Notes under the pieces: generated by a model | Told to the model about the DNA's origin: nothing | What the model saw: only the letters and a program-made list of their open reading frames with translations | Database searches by the model: none | Program-made: the position numbers and the translations under genes | DNA from: Octopus sinensis | Taxonomy: Eukaryota | Assembly: GCF_006345805.1 (NCBI RefSeq) | Contig: NC_043001.1 | Coordinates: 46,810,001 to 46,874,000 of the forward strand | Direction: 5' to 3' | DNA: 64,000 nucleotides | Shown here: piece after piece, positions 58,261-64,000 of the stretch | Numbering within the stretch: position 1 is the stretch's first letter | Layout: each line of letters starts with the position of its first letter

Positions 58261-59858
58261 AGAAGCATTGTGTCTCCCACCCACACTTAACAAGAAGACT
58301 TCTGATACACTCTACCACAATGAACCAAACTACGTCTCTACATCTCTTCCTCACATTTACGCTTCATGTACTATGATTATCACCCACTCCCCAATCTTGT
58401 TCTCTTGACCTGGTGCTACTGTATCATTGCTCTCTGCTTGCCCATGATCTGTGCATTCTATCCACATGCCTTGTTTCACTCTATAATTACTATCCACTAG
58501 TTCCCACCCTGGGTGTTCCACCCACACATAACAAGAAAGCTTTTCCCACTCCCTACCCCAACAAACCAATCTATATTTCTTTCTCGCATTTCTTCCTTTG
58601 TTCACTACGCCTAGCTCTCACTCCCCAATCCTCTGTATCATTGCTATCCAGTAGCCTCTCCAACTCTATATATACCTAGGTCTTTCGCCACTTATTTGCA
58701 CTTTTTAATCACACTCCCTTCGCAATATCCTGTCACTAATATTATGGCATTTGAACCTCAAGGGTTTGCCCTAGCACTTGCCACTATCTATATCTCTCTC
58801 TTTCTTTACTCAACCATTCACATTTATACTCTGATCCCCATTTCTTGTGAGTATGCCTGGCATTTTGCCACCATCTCCATCCTGTGGTCTTCCACTCTCT
58901 CTCCTTCTCTTGCTCTTCCTTCATTGTTGGGCAACTGTGTATTTTCTTTGCAGTAGCACACCTGTTTCTGTTTTCATTCCTGATCTTTCTCTCTCCAGCT
59001 GGGTAACCTTGTACTTCCTCTACAGCAAGACACCTGTATCTATTTCACTATAACCTTTTCATCATCACCTCATTCAATCCCTCCTCCCCTCTCAAAAGTT
59101 TTTTTATCTTGCAAGTACTTGGTGACCCTGTTAGTGCAGGTGCCACTTAAAAGCACCCAGTCCTCACTTCAAAGTGGTTGGTGTTCGGAAGGGCATCCAG
59201 CTGTAAAAACTTTGCCAAAACTGACGTCGCCTGTGCTTGTGCCATGTAAACTGCGCTTGTGCCACATAAAAAGCATTAAGTCCACTCTGATGAGTGGTTG
59301 GTGTTATGAAGGGCATCCAGCTGTAAAAATCCTGCCAAAACAGTCATAGAAGTCTGGTGAAGGCTTTGACCTGGCCAGTTCTTGTGGTACCATCCCACCC
59401 ATGCTAGCACATTGTATGGAACATGTATGTTAAATGATGATGATAATGCATATGCACACACTCATGCACACAAATGTTAAAATCAGGCTATTATTTAAAA
59501 GCAAGTTTAAGTTTAACAATGGCACATTTTCTAGGAGTGAGTTGACTCTGTACTAAGAACAAATTTAAAATGATCTTCTCAGTATGCAAGTGTGCATGCA
59601 TGTATGTAGGTATGTAGTAAGTACCAGATTTAAAAAAAAAATCACTGGAGTTGATTTGACCTGTTAAACTCTTCGAAGTAGTGCTTCAGCAAGGTTGTAG
59701 TCCATTGACTAAAGCAGGTAAAGACTAAAAGAAAGGAATTAAAAAAAAAAAAAATCATTGCAGGACTTAAATGTATGAAGGAGAGAAATCCACTTTTGAG
59801 ACTGATTTGAGACCACATGTGTAGGCAGTCATTGTCAATATCAACAGATGGCATATAT

Positions 59859-59970
59859 GTTGTTTGACCACATACCGAAAATTTTAGAAATAGCAGCTAA
59901 AAGACTACTATTTCCTTTTTCTACACAAATAGCTGCTATTTCTAAAATTTTCGGTATGTGGTCAAGCAAC
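59859..59970. repeat. Inverted repeat: 41-bp arms (1 mismatch), 30-nt spacer
   Basis: gttgtttgaccacataccgaaaattttagaaatagcagcta ... tagctgctatttctaaaattttcggtatgtggtcaagcaac. Confidence 0.95.
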
Positions 59971-62386
59971 TTGTTGCAAAACCCTTATTGTTATAATTAT
60001 ATATAAAAAAACTTTTTGTATAAGTTTTTACCGATTATAGTCCTTTTCCATACCGAAAAACTACTAGGTGAAATTTGTTGATTTTATTAAATTAATTATC
60101 TTTCACCCTATATCTGTAATGTAAATATCATTATCACCTTCATTTAACATCTATTTTTCCATGTTTGTTGGCTCTAACGGAATTTGTTGAGATTGGTTTT
60201 CTACAACCAGCTGTCCTTCCTGTTGTTAACTTTCATCTGTTTCCAAGCAAAGTAATATTTCCCCATATCCAGACTTGTTTTTCACAGAAGACTCAGGACA
60301 AGCAACATCACTTGTATGACAATGATGCTCATTTTCAACAGTCGTGATATCAAAACACAGTAGTGGTCTTTCAGTTTCCATCTACCGAATCCACTCACTA
60401 GGCTTTGGTTGATCTGGGAATATAGTAGAAAACATTTGCTATTTAGTGGGACTTAACCAAAGACTACATGGTTGGGAAGAAAGCTATTTATGCACAGAGC
60501 CACACCATATGTTCGTAATGATTTTGAATTAACTATTAATAGGGAGATAGCATGGTATTTGTCTGCTATTTTACCATGTGTTGAGAAAAATGTATTTATT
60601 TAAGCCTTTATTGATCTATGGTATTTTAATGAAGAAATTTTGTTTAATGAAATTGCTGAATGTTATATAAAAATGTTTATTTTAAACAAAAAGTATTGTA
60701 AGTTAATGTATTTATGAGATTAATTGCTACATCTTAGTTTGTTTCAAATATTAAATTTAGATTACTGTTCTGACTAATATCTAATGTATTATTGGGGTCA
60801 CAGCCTGGTTGAGTCAACAATTTTAGAGTCTGCTTGTTCAAGGATCATTGATTTATATGTAGTCACATTGTACTGTCAATGATAAAGAGCACCACTACTT
60901 GTCAACTCCGCCTATTTAGCTATAAATAGCTACCTTATGAAAGTAGAGTCCACCACTAATTAGAGCTAGTCAATACTAGTGACTTCTGTATTTCACTTAG
61001 GTGCCATGTTGAACATGACTTCCGTCATTTAGGTGGTCTCCTGCCCTGAAGCGTATGAGATAAAGTTGTTAACCCCTTGAATTTGTCTGCATTCTTGGGA
61101 GAAAAGGTGTTGTGAGAGGTCTCCCTCTCCATGTCCTTGTCACAAAGCAACTACTGATCCCAGATTGAGAAAAGGGTTGACCTCCTACCAGTAACTTGAC
61201 TAGTACTTTGTTTATCAACCTTAGAAAAAACAAAAGCAAAGTTGACTAGGGTAGGATTTGAACTCAGGATATAGAGAGCTAGTAGAAATACTGCAAGGCT
61301 TTCTATCTGATGCTCTATCAACTCTGCCAAGTGATTACTTTACCACCAGTGACAATGCTATATAAGTACTTTATTAAAAGTAAAAATTACCTTCTTGAGT
61401 TGTGCCAAATCATAAGGGCCAGTTTCCCAGTTTTCATGGTGTGTAAGTTTTCCAAGTGGATAGGACACTGGTCTGTCACAGGATTGCTCATTTGAAACAT
61501 TACTCAGTGTGAAATGAAGTATTTTGCTCAAGAACACAATGCATTGCCTTGTCCAGGAATCAAAACCACAATCTTACAATCATGAGTTCAACACCCTAAC
61601 CACTAAGCCATGTACCTCCACTAAGTATGTTATTATCTTGTAATTCCACATTCAGAGAGGAACCAGTCTACTTTCACATGGTACAGAAGAAATATTACTC
61701 GCGTAATGTATGGACTTAAAGGACTTCCAATTTTGCAAATTGTTGAAAATTGTTTACTGCCTATGCCACATTTCAGATTGAACCTGCAAGTTCCTTATTT
61801 CTATTGCAATTGGACTCATGACTATTCACACAAAAAAAAGAAAGAAAGGAAAAAACAATATTACAGTAGATATACTCTGATGTATTATGACTGTCTGCAA
61901 AGATAGTCTGTGGAAAATTGATAGCGTAGCAACTTCTTTTCAGTCTGCCCTTATTGATTGTCACATTACTGTAGAGTAAATTGCAACCACACATCTATAT
62001 ACCATTCTTACTGATAGTTACACTAGAATAAGTTGTTTACCATGAGATATTCCTTAATATGGCATGAAATTCTTTCAACAAAAATGATGCACCTATGACA
62101 TAATAATCCAATCCTCAAGTGAGTCACTTTATTGTAATGATGTGACTCGTGCAAAGCTAATTTATACAGAATTGAATTAATGCTTCTTGGTCAACACACA
62201 TCGCATGATGTATTCTGTATTTATAATAGACTTAATACTATCAGTGTCGAATTCTAATAACTGTGTAGGGGTGTAGAGTGTGACATGTTAATGACTTTAT
62301 TGTAACATGATCTACTGCACATTTGGTCTATAGGAAAGTCCTGTGATTTATAATTCCCATGAAGCTAGTATTGTAGAGCATATTAA

Positions 62387-62613
62387 CCCCTTACCCAACA
62401 ATTATTTTGAAAATAAATGTATTTTTTCAGACATATTTTTTAATTGTTTTATTTTACATATACTCGTATATGTCAAAAAAGAGTTTATAATAGACGAAGG
62501 AACTCGTTTGCTGTCGATTTTGGCGAGTCTATCTTTTGATGAATTAACTCGCCAGAAATAGAAAGAAACGATTTCGGTCAAAACGCATATATTCGTTTCT
62601 GCCGGGTAAGGGG
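62387..62613. mobile_element. piggyBac-type MITE (227 bp)
   Basis: TTAA|ccccttaccc ... gggtaagggg|TTAA; intact TTAA duplication and 10-bp perfect TIR. Confidence 0.8.
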
Positions 62614-64000
62614 TTAAAGAAAGAAAACATGGTGGTGACCTGCCTCTACTGTAACATGACTATTTGCAAAAGCAGCAAAGTGGTGAAAAGTTTTACACTT
62701 TCTTACAACATATTGTAATTAACTTAAGTACAAAATGGCTTAGGTGTCCCAGCACAGCTGCAGTCTAGTAACTCCTTTCTTAATTGATACAAGGTCTTTA
62801 CTGATTCAATCTATGATGCTTGCAGCAAACAGTTTTCAAAATAACACACAATAGAAGCTTTCATATTTACTCCTGTAAAAATGAGAGTTTTGATAACCCA
62901 CTAAATTAAAGTCTTAATAATGAATGATAGTGATTTCAAAATTAGTGTTTGTAGTGACATTTGAAGTAAGATCTGGTCCACAATCCAACAAGTATACAAT
63001 ATAATAGTCATATAGTTAATAGGTTTTGAATTATTGTTGGTAGTAATTTTAGAATTAGTATTAGTAATGTTGGTAAAAGTAAGGGGTGGGCAATAGTTCA
63101 ACAAGTATGGGTTCTAGTAGTGAAATACTAGTTATTGGTAGTACTTTTAGAATTAATAATTGTAGGGGTGAGATCTACTTCTATAAACTCTACTCGTTAG
63201 ATGTGATAGTTTTAAAGTTAATTGTAGTAGCAATGATAAAAATGAGGGCCTCAAGTTAACAGTTGTATAGTTATTAGAAGTTAGAGGGTTTTTTGTTTTG
63301 TTTTTTAGTTAGTGATTGTAGAAATAGAGCTCTCCGAGAACATAACAGTGATGTTGTACTAGTCAGGAGTGGTAAATTTTACAGTAAATCAGAGCAAAGT
63401 TGTGTAAGTGAAGTCTGCTGTCATGTTTCAAGTAGATATGTGTGTGATTCATAACTTTGACCAACATGGAACTTTGCTACGTGTCACTGGTTGCCAGTGG
63501 GATTACAGTCATGATTGGAATATTATGTATGCAGCTTACTGTGTTGCTATAGAGACAGCAGAAGATTAATTGTTAAACATTCAGTAAGCCTTCATTACAA
63601 AATAACTGAACACACAGCTTGCAAAGTAATACTTGTTCAGTCACTTTTTTTAAAACAGGTGCTGCCCTCTCTCTTTCCAGTTACCACAATCTTGATATCT
63701 TCTTGGGTTAAGAGTGGGTGTCTATCTTTGTTCTTAACCACTCTTAAAATAATTAACAAGAGTGTAGTACATGTTGCCAAGTCATATATGTTTGTGAGTG
63801 ATGGCCTTGGTTATATATATTTATATATATTGTTTCTCTGAATGTGTGTGTGTGTGTCTGTTCTTTTATCTTTTACTTGTTTCAGTCACTTGACTGCAGC
63901 CTTGTTGGGGCACCACCTTGAAGGATTTTAATCAAGCAAATTGACCCTAGGATTTATTTTTTTGAAGCTTATTCTAATGATCTCTTTTGTTGAACCGCTG

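Overview
AT-rich, microsatellite- and SINE-dense eukaryotic DNA. The repeat families resemble those I associate with coleoid cephalopods, most likely Octopus (inference, not a database match). There is one clear host gene, tubulin-folding cofactor D (TBCD), on the minus strand. I assembled 19 coding exons by hand from the ATG at 34538 down to 1641. They give 1974 nt = 658 codons with all phases consistent, and the gene continues off the left edge. One intron has a GC-AG donor. Upstream of TBCD (about 35-46 kb) is a pile-up of mobile elements: a fold-back element with TTAGGG repeats, Tc1 and mariner relics, a 2.4-kb palindromic Penelope-like retroelement, and a Rep-deleted Helitron. The most striking observation is in the Penelope-like element: each inverted arm carries a minimal type-I hammerhead ribozyme fold with a compensatory U3-A8 core instead of C3-G8. 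The right third is SINE/LINE/MITE debris with no recognisable coding exon, although its CpG depletion hints at an intron of a second gene. No tools were run; all coordinates were counted by eye, and element ends are approximate unless stated otherwise.
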